Below are positions 1 to 12,835 of a stretch of DNA of 64,000 bases, piece by piece. This DNA is from Ranitomeya imitator (taxonomy: Eukaryota). Position 1 is the first letter of the stretch. Every line of letters starts with the position of its first letter. The translations under genes were made by a program, and so were the position numbers. The stretch spans positions 384,772,001 through 384,836,000 of the forward strand of contig NC_091283.1 in assembly GCF_032444005.1 (NCBI RefSeq), written 5' to 3'. The notes under the pieces were generated by a model. It saw only the letters and a list, made by a program, of their open reading frames with translations, made no database searches and was not told the DNA's origin.

Positions 1-772
1 TATAAAACTATCCCACTAGTTAACCCCTTCAGTGAACACCGCAAAAAAAAAAAAAAAAAAAAACAAGGCAAAAAACATTGCTTTATTATCATACAGGCGA
101 ACAAATAGTGGAATAACAAGCGATCAAAACGACGGATATAAATAACAATGGTACCGCTGAAAACGTCATCTTGTCCCGCAAAAAAAAAGCCGCCATACAG
201 CATCATGAGCAGAAAAATAAAAAAGTTATAGCTCTCAGAATAATGCGATGCAAAAACAATTATTTTTTTATATAAAATAGTTTTTATTGTGTAAAAGCGC
301 CAAAACATAAAAAAAATTACATAAATGAGGTATCGCTGTAATCGTACTGACCTGAAGAATAAAACTGCTTTATCAATTTTACCAAACGTGGAACGGTATA
401 AACGCCCCCCTAAAAGAAATTCAGGAATTGCTGGTTTTTGTTCATTCCTCCTCCCAAAAATCAGAATAAAAAGCGATCAAAAAATGTCATCTGCCCAAAA
501 ATGTTACCAATAAAAACGTCAACTCGTCCCGCAAAAAACAAGATCTCACATGACTCTGTGGGCCAAAATATGGATAAATTATAGCTCTCAAAATGTGGTG
601 ATGCAAAAACTATTTTTTGCAATAAAAAGCGTCTTTTAGTGTGTGACAGCTGCCAATCATAAAAATCCGCCAAAAAAACGCTATAAAAGTAAATCAAACC
701 CCCCCTTCATCACCCCCTTACTTAGGGAAAAATAATAAAATGTAAAAAAATGTATTTATTTCCATTTTCCCA

Positions 773-840
773 TTAGGGCTAGGGTTAGGGCTAGGGTTAG
801 GGTCAGGGCTAGGGTTAGGGCTAGGGTTGGGGTTAGGGTT
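773..840 (+). repeat. Degenerate interstitial telomere-like repeat (TTAGGG/CTAGGG/TCAGGG/TTGGGG)
   Basis: About 11 hexamers read directly: ttagggctagggttagggctagggttagggtcagggctagggttagggctagggttggggttagggtt. Confidence 0.9.
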
Positions 841-849
841 TCAGTTATA

Positions 850-3400
850 ATTGGGGGTTTCCACTGTTTAGGCACATCAGGGGCTCTCCAAACGCGACAT
901 GGCGTCCGATCTCAATTCCAGCCAATTCTGCTTTGAAAAAGTAAAACAGTGCTACTTCCCTTCCGAGTTCTCCTCTGTGCCCAAACAGTGGTTCCCACCA
1001 ACATATGGGGTATCAGCGTTCTCAGGACAAGTTGGACAACAACTTTTGGGGTCCAATTTGTCCTGTTACCCTTGGGAAAATAAAAACATAGGGGATAAAA
1101 TATCATTTTCATGGAAAAAAAAATATTTTTTATTTTCACGGCTCTGCGTTATAAACTGTAGTGAAACACTTGTTGGTTCAAAGCTCTCACAACACATCTA
1201 GATAAGTTCCTTGGGGGATCTAGTTTCCAATATGGGGTGACTTGTGGGGGGTTTCTACTGTTTAGGTACATCAGGGGCTCTGCAAATGCAACATGACGCC
1301 TGCAGACCAATCCATCTAAGTCTGCATTTCAAATGGCGCTCCTTCCCTTCCGAGCTCTGCCGTGCACCCAAACAGTGGTTCCCCCCAACATATGGGGTAT
1401 CAGCGTTCTCAGGACAAGTTGGACAGCAACTTTTGGGGTCTAATTTGTCCTGTTACCCTTGGGAAAATAAAAACGTGGGGGCTAAAATATCATTTTCGTG
1501 GAAAAAAAATATTTTTTATTTTCACGGCTCTGCGTTATAAACTGTAGTGAAACACTTGTTGGTTCAAAGCTCTCACAACACATCTAGATAAGTTCCTTGG
1601 GGGGTCTAGTTTCCAATATGGGGTCACTTGTGGTGGGTTTCTACTGTTTAGGTACATCAGGGGCTCTGCAAATGCAACATGACACCTGCAGTCCATTCCA
1701 TCTAAAGGTACTGTCACACTAGACGATATCGCTAGCGATCCGTGACGTTGCAGCGTCCTCGCTAGCGATATCGTCCAGTGTGACAGGCAGCAGCGATCAG
1801 GCCCCTGCTGGGAGATCGCTGGTCGGGGAAGAAAGTCCAGAACTTTATTTCGTCGCTGGACTCCCCATAGACATCGCTGAATCGGCGTGTGTGACACCGA
1901 TTCAGCGATGTCTTCGCTGGTAACCAGGGTAAACATCGAGTAACTAAGCGCAGGGCCGCGCTTAGTAACCCGGTGTTTACCCTGGTTACCATCCTAAAAG
2001 TAAAAAAACAAACACTACATACTTACCTACCGCTGTCTGTCCTCCAGCGCTGTGCTCTGCACTCCTCCTGCACTGGCTGTGAGCGTCGGTCAGCTGGAAA
2101 GCAGAGCGGTGACGTCACCGCTCTGCTTTCTGGCTGCCCGGCGCTCACAGCCAGACCAGAGAAGCAGAGCGCCGAGGACAGACAGCGGAAGGTAAGTATG
2201 TAGCGTTTGTTTTTTTACTTTTTAGGATGGTAACCAGGGTAAACATCGGGTTACTAAGCGCGGCCCTGCGCTTAGTTACCCGATGTTTACCCTGGTTACC
2301 GGGGACCTCGGGATCGTTGGTCGCTGGAGAGCTGTCTGTGTGACAGCTCTCCAGCGACCAAACAGCGACGCTGCAGCGATCCGGATCGTTGTCGGTATCG
2401 CTGCAGCGTCGCTATGTGTGACGGTACCTTAAGTCTGCATTTCAAACGGTGCTCCTTCCCTTCCGAGCTCTGCCATGCACTCAAACGGTGGTTCCCCCCC
2501 ACATGTGGGGTATCAGCGTACTCAGGACAAATTGGACAATAACATTTGTGGTCCAATTTCTCCTGTTACCCTTGGGAAAAAAAAATTGCAGGCTAAAACA
2601 TCATTTTGTGGAAAGAAAAAATGATTTTTCAATTTCACAATGCTACATTCTAAACTTTAGTGAAACAATTGGGGGTTAAAAGTGCTCACCACACATCTAG
2701 ATAAGTTCCTTAGGGGGTCTTCTTTCCAAAATGGGGTCACTTGTGGGGGGTTTCCACTGTTAAGGCACATCAGGGGCTCTCCAAATGCGACATGGCGTCC
2801 GATCTCTATTCCAGCCAATTTTGCATTGAAAAGTCAAATGGCACTCCTTCCCTTCCGAGCTCTGCCATGCGCTCAAACAGTGGTTTATCCCCATATATGA
2901 AGTATCGGCGTACTCAGGACAAATTGCACAACAACTTTTGGGGTCCAATTTATCCTGTTACCCTTGGGAAAATAAAAAATTTGGGGCAAAAAGATCATTT
3001 TTTGTGAAAATTAATATAAATTTTTTTTTACGGCTCTACATTATAAACTTCTGTGAAGCACTTGGAGGTTCAAAGTGCTCACCACAAATCTAGATTAGTT
3101 CCTTAGGGGGTCTACTTTCCAAAATGGTGTCACTTGTGGGGGTTTCCACTGTTTAGGCACATCAGGGGCTCTCCAATCGTGACATGGGCTCCGATCTCAA
3201 TTCCAGCAAATCTTGTATTGAAAAGTCAAATGGCGCTCCTTCCCTTCCGAGCTCTGCCATGTGCCCAAACAGTGGTTTACCCCCACATATGGGGTATCGG
3301 CGTACTCAGGACAAATTGTACAACGACTTTTGTGGTCCAATTTCTCCTGTTACCCTTGGTAAAATGAAACAAATTGGACCTGAAGTAAAAATTTTGTGAA
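850..3400 (+). repeat. ~390-bp tandem repeat, about 5 copies, inside the piggyBac-like element
   Basis: Anchor c(c/t)actgtttagg(c/t)acatcagggg recurs at ~861, 1255, 1641, 2754 and 3146. Spacing is 386-394 bp once the MITE in copy 3 is removed. Confidence 0.85.
1706..2429. mobile_element. PIF/Harbinger-type MITE (family A)
   Basis: TIRs AGGTACTGTCACAC / GTGTGACGGTACCT; TAA duplicated at 1703-1705 and 2430-2432. The empty site ccatcTAAgtctg is present in a neighbouring repeat unit (~1312-1325). Confidence 0.8.
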
Positions 3401-4022
3401 AAAAAAGTTAAATGTTCAATTTTTTTAAACATTCAATAAATTCCTGTGAAGCACCTGAAGGGTTAATAAACTTTTTGAATGTGGTTTTGAGTACCTTGAG
3501 GGGTGCAGTTTTTAGAATGGTGTCACTTTTGGGCATTTTCTGTCATATAGACCCCTCAAAGTCACTTCAATTGTGAGGTGGTCCGTAAAAAAATGGTTTT
3601 GCAAATTTTGTTGCAAAAATGAGAAATCGCTGGTCAACTTTTAACCCTTATAATGTCCTAACAAAAAAATTATGTTTCCAAAATTGTGCTGATGTAAAGC
3701 AGTCATGTGGGAAATGTTGTTTATTAACTATATTATGTGATATAACTCTCTAATTTAAGGGCATAAAAACTAAGAGTTTGAAAATTGCTAAATTTTCATA
3801 ATTTCCGACAAATTTTTGTTTTTTTCACAAATAAATGCAAGTCATATCGAAGAAGTTTTACCACTATCATGAAGTACAATATGTCACGAGAAAACAGTGT
3901 CAGAATCACCAGGATCCGTTGAAGCGTTTCAGAGTTATGACCTCATAAAGTGACAGTGGTCAGAATTGTAAAAATTGGCCCTGTCACTTAGGTGAAAACA
4001 GGCTTTGGGGTGAAGGGGTTAA

Positions 4023-6701
4023 GATTCTGAGACCTCCTATATGTGATATTTGGTTTATCACCAATATATCGGGCCAAGATAGGGTCTGCTTTAAGGATTC
4101 CCCACGACTTAGCTACACATGATCTCATAAGATCATTTTGCCCATGATATCTTGTAATGTACCTAACTACTTGGTTAGATTTGGGAGTTCGTAGCCCATA
4201 CAAGGCTTGATGTCTGGTGATATTTTTTGCACGGTTATATCCCTTTTTAATGGAACGTCTACTGTATCCTCGATCTAGAAATCTTTCTTTTAAGTCTTGG
4301 GCTTGTTTCTCAAAATCAATGTCATTAGAACAAATTCTTCTGAGACGTAAGAACTGTCCTATAGGGATTGAACGTACCATTGCAGGGGGATGTGAGGAAG
4401 TTGCATGTAGGAGGGAGTTTACTGCTGTGGGTTTCCTAAAGATATTGGTACATAGGCAGTTATCTTCCCCTCTATAGACACTCACATCCAGGAAGTCCAA
4501 AGAATTTGAATCAAACTTATATGTCAGATGTATATTGGAGGAATTATGATTACGATACGATATAAAGGAATGTAAAGAATCCTCCGACCCCTGCCAAATA
4601 AAAAATATATCGTCTATGAATCGCACCCATAATAGGATGCGATCCATCCATGCCTCAGACATAAGGAGGTCTCTCTCCCACAACCCCAGGAATAAATTTG
4701 CATAAGCGGGCGCAAAGGAGGCCCCATTGCTGTGCCCTGGAGCTGTAGGTAGAGGGACCCGTTAAAAGGAAAAAAAATTATGTGACAATGAGAACTCGAG
4801 CAACCGTATGGTAAACTGTTTCATAGAGCTAGGCATAATTGAAGACCCTAAAAAGTATGTTGATGCCTGAATCCCATCACTATTATTATTATTATTATTT
4901 ATTTACATAGCACCATTAAGTCCATGGTGCTGTACATGAGAAAGGGGTTACATACAGAGTTATAGATATCGTTTACAGTAAACAAGTATACAGTGACAGA
5001 CTGGTACAGAGGGGAGAGGACCCTGTCCTTGCGGACTTACATTCCACTATGACGAATATTAGTGTATAGTCACTCCACATCACAAAATACGAAAAAAGTT
5101 TCCTCACCAATATGTAACCCATCAATTTTTTTTAGGAACTCATTAGTGTCTTTAATAAAAGAAGGTAGTTCCTCGACTAATGGTTTTAATCTAGAGTCCA
5201 CAGATTTATTTACATTTTCTAAAAAATTCCCACAACCAGAAATAATGGGTCTACCTGGTGGGGTAGTTTGGTTTTTGTGGACTTTAGGTAACAAATAATA
5301 TGTAGAGATTGTTGGTTCAGACACCTGAAGAGCTGAAAATAATTCCTTGTTAATAATATTTGCATCTAAAGTTTCCCGAAGAATAGTTAGTAATTCCGAT
5401 TTAAATTTAACTAAAGGGTTGAACGTCATTTTTTTTGTAATGAACCCCATCTTTTAGTTGTCGGAATGCCTCATTCTCATAAAGATGTTTGGGCCAAACG
5501 ACCACATTTCCCCCTTTGTCAGCCAGCTTAAATATTACGTCAGACATATTTTTTAACCCCTTGAGCGCCAATTTCTCATATTTGTTTAGATTTTCATTAT
5601 CAGGAAAACGGGGGATTCTATCAAAATCCTTACTTACGGTTTTGACAAAAACATCAATAGTCGAGCAGCCTGACAAAGGGGGAAATTTACGAGATTTTGG
5701 TCGAATGTAAGCAGGGATCTTACCTCCCTCTGGGTCATTATGCTCCTGAGCCAATTCATCCAATATACCTAGTGCCTCCTGCTCCGCCTCTGTGGGAAAT
5801 AATTGTAGTAAAGTTTCATTATGAAAGTGACGTTTATATAGTAGCTTTCTTGCAAAAATATGTAAATCCTTTATAGCCTCAAATTTATTGAACTGAGCTG
5901 TTGGGCAGAATATAAAACCCCTTCTCAAAACATCAATCTCAGTATCTGATAAAATATGGGTACTTAAGTTAATCACCTTTAGATTAGTTCTAGACTCCTC
6001 AGGAAAGTTCACAAAACTACGTTTAGCAGGTACGTAACGTGGTTCACGTTTACGTTTCGGAGTTGAAGCAATGGAGGTAGAGATGGAGGCGGAGGAGGAG
6101 GCACCAGAAATATCTCCTCTACCAGGATTGGATGAAGTAGAGTCAATTCTATCCCTCTTGTTTTACGGTGGGATTATATTTACGCCATCTGTATATTCTT
6201 CCATTAGCGAAATCCCTCTGGTCCCTCAGCAGTTTATTAGTTTGGTTGGCTCTAATGTCCTTAATCCACTGTTCAATATGTCTCTCCAATTGACTGTCAA
6301 TAGATCCAAACTGCTCTGGGGACTAACATGTTTTAGCCTTATCAAATAATTCATCCAGAGATTTATCAATTTCTATCAGAATTTTTGAATTATATTTTAC
6401 CAGGAGCTCCATAAGTTGTTTGGAGGCCGTATTACACACATTTTCCCAATCTTTGACAAATTCATCGTCATTAACAGGAAATGACGGGGTTACTTGTATC
6501 CTAAGACCCCTCGGAATCAATTGCCGCTGAATATAATTGTCCAAGAAAGCTCTGTTCCACCAGGAACGGGTCCTCTTATATGTTAAATTCTTTATAGTTT
6601 TAAATAAATCATCAAACTGAACACCACCGTTAGTAGAAATTGCCACATCACCATTAGAGAATACTGCGTTAATTTGTCCCTGCCAGGACACCTCCCTGGT
6701 C
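4023..6701 (-). pseudogene. pol: Penelope-like reverse transcriptase ORF (frameshifted; GIY-YIG domain cut off by the piggyBac-like insertion)
   Basis: N-terminal WWN...IPRGLR, FCPT, ADKGG, YxLPKVHK...PPGRPIISG, DVE*LYTNI, QGTAMG, WVRFIDDIFFIW, FLDV, HP...IP.GQFLRLRRICS, RGY, ending YRRSQNL at the TTAA. Confidence 0.88.
4884..5044 (-). mobile_element. 5'-truncated L2/CR1-type LINE 3' tail inserted in the Penelope RT
   Basis: (AAT)n tail on the minus strand with a typical L2 3'UTR; CACTAT duplicated at 4878-4883 and 5045-5050. Removing it restores YTNIRHSDGIQASTYFL. Confidence 0.75.
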
Positions 6702-6705
6702 TTAA

Positions 6706-9202
6706 AGGGAAGGTACCGCGTTTGTAGGTCATTAATAAATCACTGTAATGTAGCATAACATGCTGCTATAAGCAAGTTTGAAATGCATGTGAAACAGATT
6801 TCATGTGTTATATGAGTTTAAAGAATGCACTGGGGGCTGACATCTTGGTTTTGCAGCAGTAGCAGGGCACTGTCAGTGTCAGATTACGGCACCCCATGGA
6901 CATAGGAGATAATAGACCGGCAAGGACCCTATCTGTAACATTGCAGCAGCATTAGCAGTGAGCTGGGCACGCCTCTGTAGGCTGCACAACTCACTGCTGT
7001 AGGTGTGACTGGCTGCCATTTTACTATAGCCCTGTGCTCTCTATCGCAGGACAGAAGAAGCCCTCACTGCTCCTCTGTACTCCAAACAGGCAAGTCCTCT
7101 GCTCCTCACATGCTGCCCTGTGTGCTTCTCCTACTGTGTCTCTGCCTCCCCCTCACACACAGTCCCTGTGATCTCCAGTAAGCTGCACTCACAGCCTGCA
7201 GAGAGGGAGGTGACACCTGGAGAGCAGGAAGGGCAGCTGACAGGACAGGGATTAAGGTGGGGGAAGGGGGATGGCAAGAATGTTATTCACAAAAAATGAT
7301 GCTGAGCCCACTGTGTTCTGCTCCTCTGTAACCAAGCTGTGCCTCTGATGCAGTAACTGCTGGTGATAGCAGGTCACAGGGCAGTCACACTCAAAATGGT
7401 GCTGCCCTGTGATGCTGCTCTTCATTCTTACTGTTGGGGCAGTAACTGCTGACATCACCATTTCCCTCCCCTTTTGGGTGGTCTAATATCCCTGGGGCAG
7501 AGCTGCTAAATCTTGCTGTCACGATATGGTATGAAATATCATAAGTAGTTCTCTTGCTAGCCTGCGTGGGCTAAGCCCCCCTTCTTGGAGTGAAGCTGCA
7601 ACAGTTTGTAGCTTCAAATTCCTGACTTTCAACTCCCAAGCCCCCCTTCCCTTTCATTCAGCCAAAAGCTGCTTTGCCAATGTACTGGGGAGTTTTATGG
7701 CCGAGAGGTATTAACGACTAGGCTCAAATTTTCCTCTAGCAGAGAACTGTTTAGAAGTGTCTAGAAGTTTCTAGGATCCATAAAAGATTCTTTGTTTGGT
7801 TTTTGTACGATATTATGCACCATGTTTACGTTGAGAACACGAAAATATACATTCGTATTCTCACTCGGTGGACCTACCTATCCCCCGAAACACGGGCTTC
7901 TAACTCCGTCTGGTAAAGAAGTAGGGTTTTCTCTGTAAATATGTACCCCAGATAGTACATATTTGATCTCATTAGAATGCTCACGTTAATCCGAGATGAA
8001 TGATGGGTTTGTTAGGACTATGACATGTTTTGTAGCGGAGTTATCGAAATTAGATATAGATTAGAATAAAATGAGTTAACTGAAGAGGTAGGAGGGACGA
8101 GGTGATCCAACCCCTTTCTGGGATGTTACAGGCTTGGCTATAACTGTCTGCACACATCCCCAGCTTCTTCTTGTCCTTTTTTTCTCTGGAAGAGCTGAGC
8201 ACATCCCATGAACTGGGACATATGGAAAACCGCACTAGCCTGGGTGCCTGCCATGCTTTGAACATGTGAGTGTTACTTTTTCTCATTTAATCCCTGTTTA
8301 TTTCATAATTACCCTTGTACATATTTGCAATTGTCTCATTTGTAACATCTTTATAAAATATTTTTGATAAAGCACTGCCTAATTTTTTATGGGATATACT
8401 ATTATATGTTAGTTCATTCTGCATGCTCTAAAAACCGTACCATAAGTCTTCTGAAGGGAAATACGCTACTGTTGTGTTGGGTTAGCTTCGGACCCGTTTA
8501 ATCGAAGCTGGTGGCAGCGAGAGTGTGCTGACTTTTGGGTTATGCTGAAGCGACTGCGGCGTTGATAATTATTGTTCCTGCCTGAGTGGGAGTAGTTTAT
8601 CGTGTCGCTGCAGCGTGCCCAATAGCCAGTACATAGCAGGCAGCCTTTCTGGCGACTAATTACCCAGGGTGCAGTACCTAATCTGACCTGAGAGTAAGGG
8701 GGCGCCAGAGAGCTGCAAGTGTTAAGTGGAACTGTAAGCGGGATATACATAAATCCCTGCAGTTTGTGGTATATTGAAAGCAGTGGGATACATAGAATAA
8801 GCCCCTGCTGTAAACTAAGAGGTCAATAGCCTTGTGTGTGTTTTCTCATCACATTGTTAGCAGTGGAGGGATAACTAAGATAAGCCCCCCTGCACATGTG
8901 ATAGCCGTCTGTTGGCCCAAAGTCACCCCGACCCATGACGTAGGGGTGACGGTCACGGTGTGAATTGTGACAAATTGGTGGCAGCGGTCAGGGGAATCCT
9001 GACACTTACTATAGCTGCTTGAGGTCTAAAACGGAAAATGCTCCCCCTAGTGGTAAATAGGTATATTTGTAGAAAAATATATATTTTTCATATAGAAATG
9101 TTTGCAAACAGTGCAAACATTGCATTAATACATTTTAATTACTATTTTAAGCTTAATTTCACAAAAAAAACAAAATACAAGAAAACTGGTGGCACCTTCC
9201 CT
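6706..9202. mobile_element. Kolobok/T2-type non-autonomous DNA transposon
   Basis: TTAA duplicated at 6702-6705 and 9203-9206; TIRs AGGGAAGGTACC / GGCACCTTCCCT. Removing it restores the PLE start MDFKTREVSWQGQ. Confidence 0.78.
7517..8988 (+). mobile_element. LTR (TGTCAC...GTGACA, 7517-8972) followed by a tRNA-Leu-type primer-binding site; internal region absent
   Basis: 6-bp inverted termini; TGGTGGCAGCGGT at 8976-8988 is complementary to the 3' end of tRNA-Leu (...ACCGCTGCCACCA). No TSD found. Confidence 0.55.
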
Positions 9203-9319
9203 TTAAAGTCCATGTTCAGTTGTAGAGAAAAGAGCCTGTGCGAAACACAGTAATAATTATACGTTTTAAAACACAGATATACCCAAAAATTAAAGGATTG
9301 TTATATTAATAGATATATA

Positions 9320-11243
9320 CCGTATATACTCGAGGATAAGCCGAGATTTTCAGCCCATTTTTTTGGGCTGAAAGTCCCCCTCTCGGCTTATACTCGAGCC
9401 ATACCCGGGGGTCGGCAGAGGAGGGGGAGCCAGGGCTGTCTAATAATACTTACCTGCTCCCGGCGCGGTCCCTGCTTCTTCCCCGGCGCTGCATCTTCTT
9501 CCTGTATTGAGCTGTCACATGGCACCGCTCATTACAGAAATGAATATGCGGCTCCACCCCCCATAGAGGTGGAGCCGCATATTCATTACTGTATATGAGC
9601 GGTAACGCTGCCCGCTCAATACAGGAAGAAGATGCAGCGCCGGGAGAAGCAGGGACGCAGCGCCAGGAGCAGGTAAGTATACGGGGAGGGGGAGCGCTGC
9701 GCGATAGTCACCTGCTCCTCGGTCCGGGTGTCGCTCTGTCTTCAGCAGTGACGCTCAGGTGAGAGGGCGCGGTGACGTAGTCAGTGCGCGCCCTCTGCTG
9801 AACGTCAGTGCCGAAGACGGAGCCGCACGAGGAGCAGGTAACAGTGCCGGGGTCCTGAGCGAAGACAGGTGAGTATGTGATTTTTTTTTTTTTTTTTATG
9901 GCAGCAAAAGCAAATGTTGCAAGTGACTATACGGAGCATCTTATGGGGCCATAACACTTGTGCAGCACTATATGGGGCAAGTAGCTGTGCAGAGCATCTT
10001 ATGGGGCCATAACACTTGTGCAGCACTATATGGGGCAAGTAGCTGTGCAGAACATCTTATGGGGCCATACTTGTGCAGCACTATATGGGGCAAGTGACTA
10101 TACGGAGCATCTTATGGGGTCATAACACGTGTGCAGCATTATAAGGGGCAAGTGGCTGTGCAGAGCATCTTATGGGGCCATAACACTTGTGCAGCACTAT
10201 ATGGGGCAAGTGGCTGTACGGAGCATCTTATGGGGCCATAACACGTGTTCAGCATTATAAGGGGCAAGTGGCTGTGCGGAGCATCTTATGGGGCCATACT
10301 TGTGCAGCATTATAAGGGGCAAGTGGCTGTGCGGAGCATCTTATGGGGCCATACTTGTGCAGTATTATATGGGGCAAGTGGCTGTGCGGAGCATCTTATG
10401 GGGCCATACTTGTGCAGCATTATAAGGGGCAAGTGGCTGTGTGGAGCATCTTATGGGGCCATACTTGTGCAGCATTATAAGGGGCAAGTGACTGTGCAGA
10501 GCATCTTATGGGGCCATACTTGTGCAGTATTATAAGGGGCAAGTGACTGTGCAGAGCATCTTATGGGGCCATACTTGTGCAGCATTACAAGGGGCAAGTG
10601 GCTGTGCGGAGCATCTTATGGGGCCATACTTGTGCAGCATTATAAGGGGCAAGTGACTGAGCGGAGCATCTTATGGGGCCATACTTGTGCAGCATTATAA
10701 GGGGCAAGTGGCTGTGCGGAGCATCTGTATGGGGCCATAACACTTGTGCAGCGTGCGGAGCATCTGTATGGGGCCATAACACTTGTGCAGCACTATATGG
10801 GGCAAGTGACTGTACGGAGCATCTTATGGGGCCATAGCGCTTGTGCGGCACTATATGGGGCAAGTGACTGTATGGAGCATCTTATGGGGCCATAGCGCTT
10901 GTGCAGCACTATATAGGGCAAATATCTCTATGGAGCATCTTATGGGGCCGTTATTACCCTTTATGCAGGATTATATGGGGCATATTTTAATATGGAGCAT
11001 CTTATGGGGCCCATCATAAACTTTATGGAGCATTATATGGGGCTCCTGATTCAATATGGATATTCAAAAACACTTAACCTACTGATGTCTCAATTAATTT
11101 TACTTTTATTGGTATCTATTTTTACTTTTGAAATTTACCGGTAGCTGCTGCATTTTCCACCCTAGGCTTATACTCGAGTCATTAAGTTTTCCCAGTTTTT
11201 TGTGGCAAAATTAGGGGGTCGGCTTATACTCGAGTATATACGG
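9320..11243. mobile_element. Non-autonomous Tc1/mariner-superfamily (pogo/Tigger-like) element
   Basis: ~24-bp TIR CCGTATATACTCGAG(G/T)ATAAGCCGA at both ends; TA duplicated at 9318-9319 and 11244-11245. Confidence 0.8.
9925..11040 (+). repeat. Minisatellite with a 53-56 bp unit, about 20 copies, inside the mariner-type element
   Basis: Unit gagcatcttatggggccata(aca)cttgtgcagcattataaggggcaagtggctgtgc. Confidence 0.9.
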
Positions 11244-11950
11244 TATATATGTATTCCAAATAAAGTTAGTAATGGTGTTCTGTGAGAGAGTAGTGACTGA
11301 ACACTAAGATGAAAGACCAACCACAACAACCAAAAAAGCATGAACAGCCGAAAGAGTGTACCCACACAGGAGATCAGTATAAATAGCCTTTATTAAGGTG
11401 GTAGTGGCACAATAAAAATACATAAAATAATTAAGTACGCGAATGTATGACATTGGATACAAATCTCATATAGGAATATCACAATAGATATAATTTGGTG
11501 ACCCCAATATATACAATGCAGACTATATGCCAAGAAAGTGAGAATATAAATAAAAAATAAAATAATAAAAATATGTAAAAAATGTGAGGGATATATATAT
11601 AATAATATTATACAGTGCAAAAGCGGATTTACTCATTAAAAAATGACCACCAATAGATGCAACTATAATAAAAAATGTGCAAAAAGATAAACAGTGTGTA
11701 TGTAAAACATAGGATAAAAAATTATAGCCTGCGAACACAGTGAAAACACTTGTAAAGTGCAGGGTGCAAGATAACAAAATAGCAAACACCTTATATAGGG
11801 GACAATAGTATTTACGATATACCTTTTAAGGCCTGCGAACACAGTGAAAACACTTGTAAAGTGTAGTGTGCAAAATAGCAACACCATATATAGGGGACAA
11901 TAGTATCTGCGATATACCTTTTAAGGGTCACCAAGTCCCGTCACCGTGCA

Positions 11951-11990
11951 CCCCGACGCGCGTTTCGGAATATCTTCCTTCGTCAGGGGG
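11951..11990 (-). ncRNA. Minimal type-I hammerhead ribozyme (Penelope-associated)
   Basis: Minus strand CCCC-CUGACGA-AGGAA-GAUA-UUCC-GAAAC-GCGC-GUC-GGGG. Catalytic core intact, 4-bp stems I and II, short palindromic stem III; predicted cut after GUC (between 11955 and 11954). Confidence 0.85.
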
Positions 11991-12835
11991 TGGCGTTTGT
12001 ATGTAGAAGGGGCTTTTTATATCATCACCGCGCCTATTGAGATGACAAGGGTGTGTACGGCACATGCGTCATCGGGAGGACCCGGAAGTCCAAGCGTCCT
12101 AGTCACGTGACTGTACGCACAGGGACGGAGTACTCGGTGTTGCTAAGACACAGAGACACAGACGCGAGGACTCCAGGACACAGACGGCGCAGCACTACCA
12201 GGAGCATCACATAAGAACGGAGGAGAAGGAGAAATACATGCTGACATGCCGTAACATAGTTTATATATACAAAATTGAAGGGAGTAGACTATAACACATG
12301 ACAGGGGGATAATAAACAAAAAATATATAATGACCATAATGACTAATATAAATGAAACTAATTACGGTAATCACAAATTTAAAGAAGAACGAAAAAAATA
12401 TATAACTAAAAAATAAAAATAAATAATAGATAATAAAATAAAAAAAATAAATGACTGTGTTGACCACACTCTCAAGTATATACAAAAATAAAATAAAAAA
12501 AATAAAAAAATAATAATAAATGTAAATAATAATTACAAAAAATTAACAATGCAAAAGCAAAAAAGATGTTTATCCATGGGTGACATGTTGATCCGTCTTC
12601 TTTATAGGAACAAATAAAATCCCGGAACAGAAGGAAACAAATGATCTTGATCCATCCGAACCGGAACTCAAAACAGTCCATTCCAAGCAGCCAGCGGAAA
12701 AAGAATCACTCCACATGACCAGGCCATAAAATGTAAGTATAAATAGCTAAAAAATATAAAATAATTTATATGAATAAAAGCCACATATAACATACAAAAG
12801 CTTACAAATATAAAAAAGATACTTAAAAGGTGGTG

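Larger units (their letters stand above)
1..4022. mobile_element. Non-autonomous piggyBac-like (TTAA) DNA transposon, right portion; left end lies upstream of the window
   Basis: Ends ...GGGGTGAAGGGG|TTAA (TTAA 4019-4022; reverse complement TTAA-CCCCTTCACCCC, a CCC-type terminus). It truncates the Penelope ORF exactly at this TTAA. No transposase ORF; internal ~390-bp repeats. Confidence 0.6.

Noticed and set aside
20-30. TTAACCCCTTC as the left TIR of the piggyBac-like element
   Set aside because: The match to the right terminus stops after about 12 bp and the flank is not Penelope sequence; probably an internal motif.
325-3400. Many 60-130 aa ORFs in the ORF track
   Set aside because: They are chance frames in tandem repeats and MITEs, with no recognisable domain.
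11168-12681. Hydrophobic F/I/L/Y-rich ORFs resembling membrane proteins
   Set aside because: A compositional artefact of the T-rich Penelope UTR strand.
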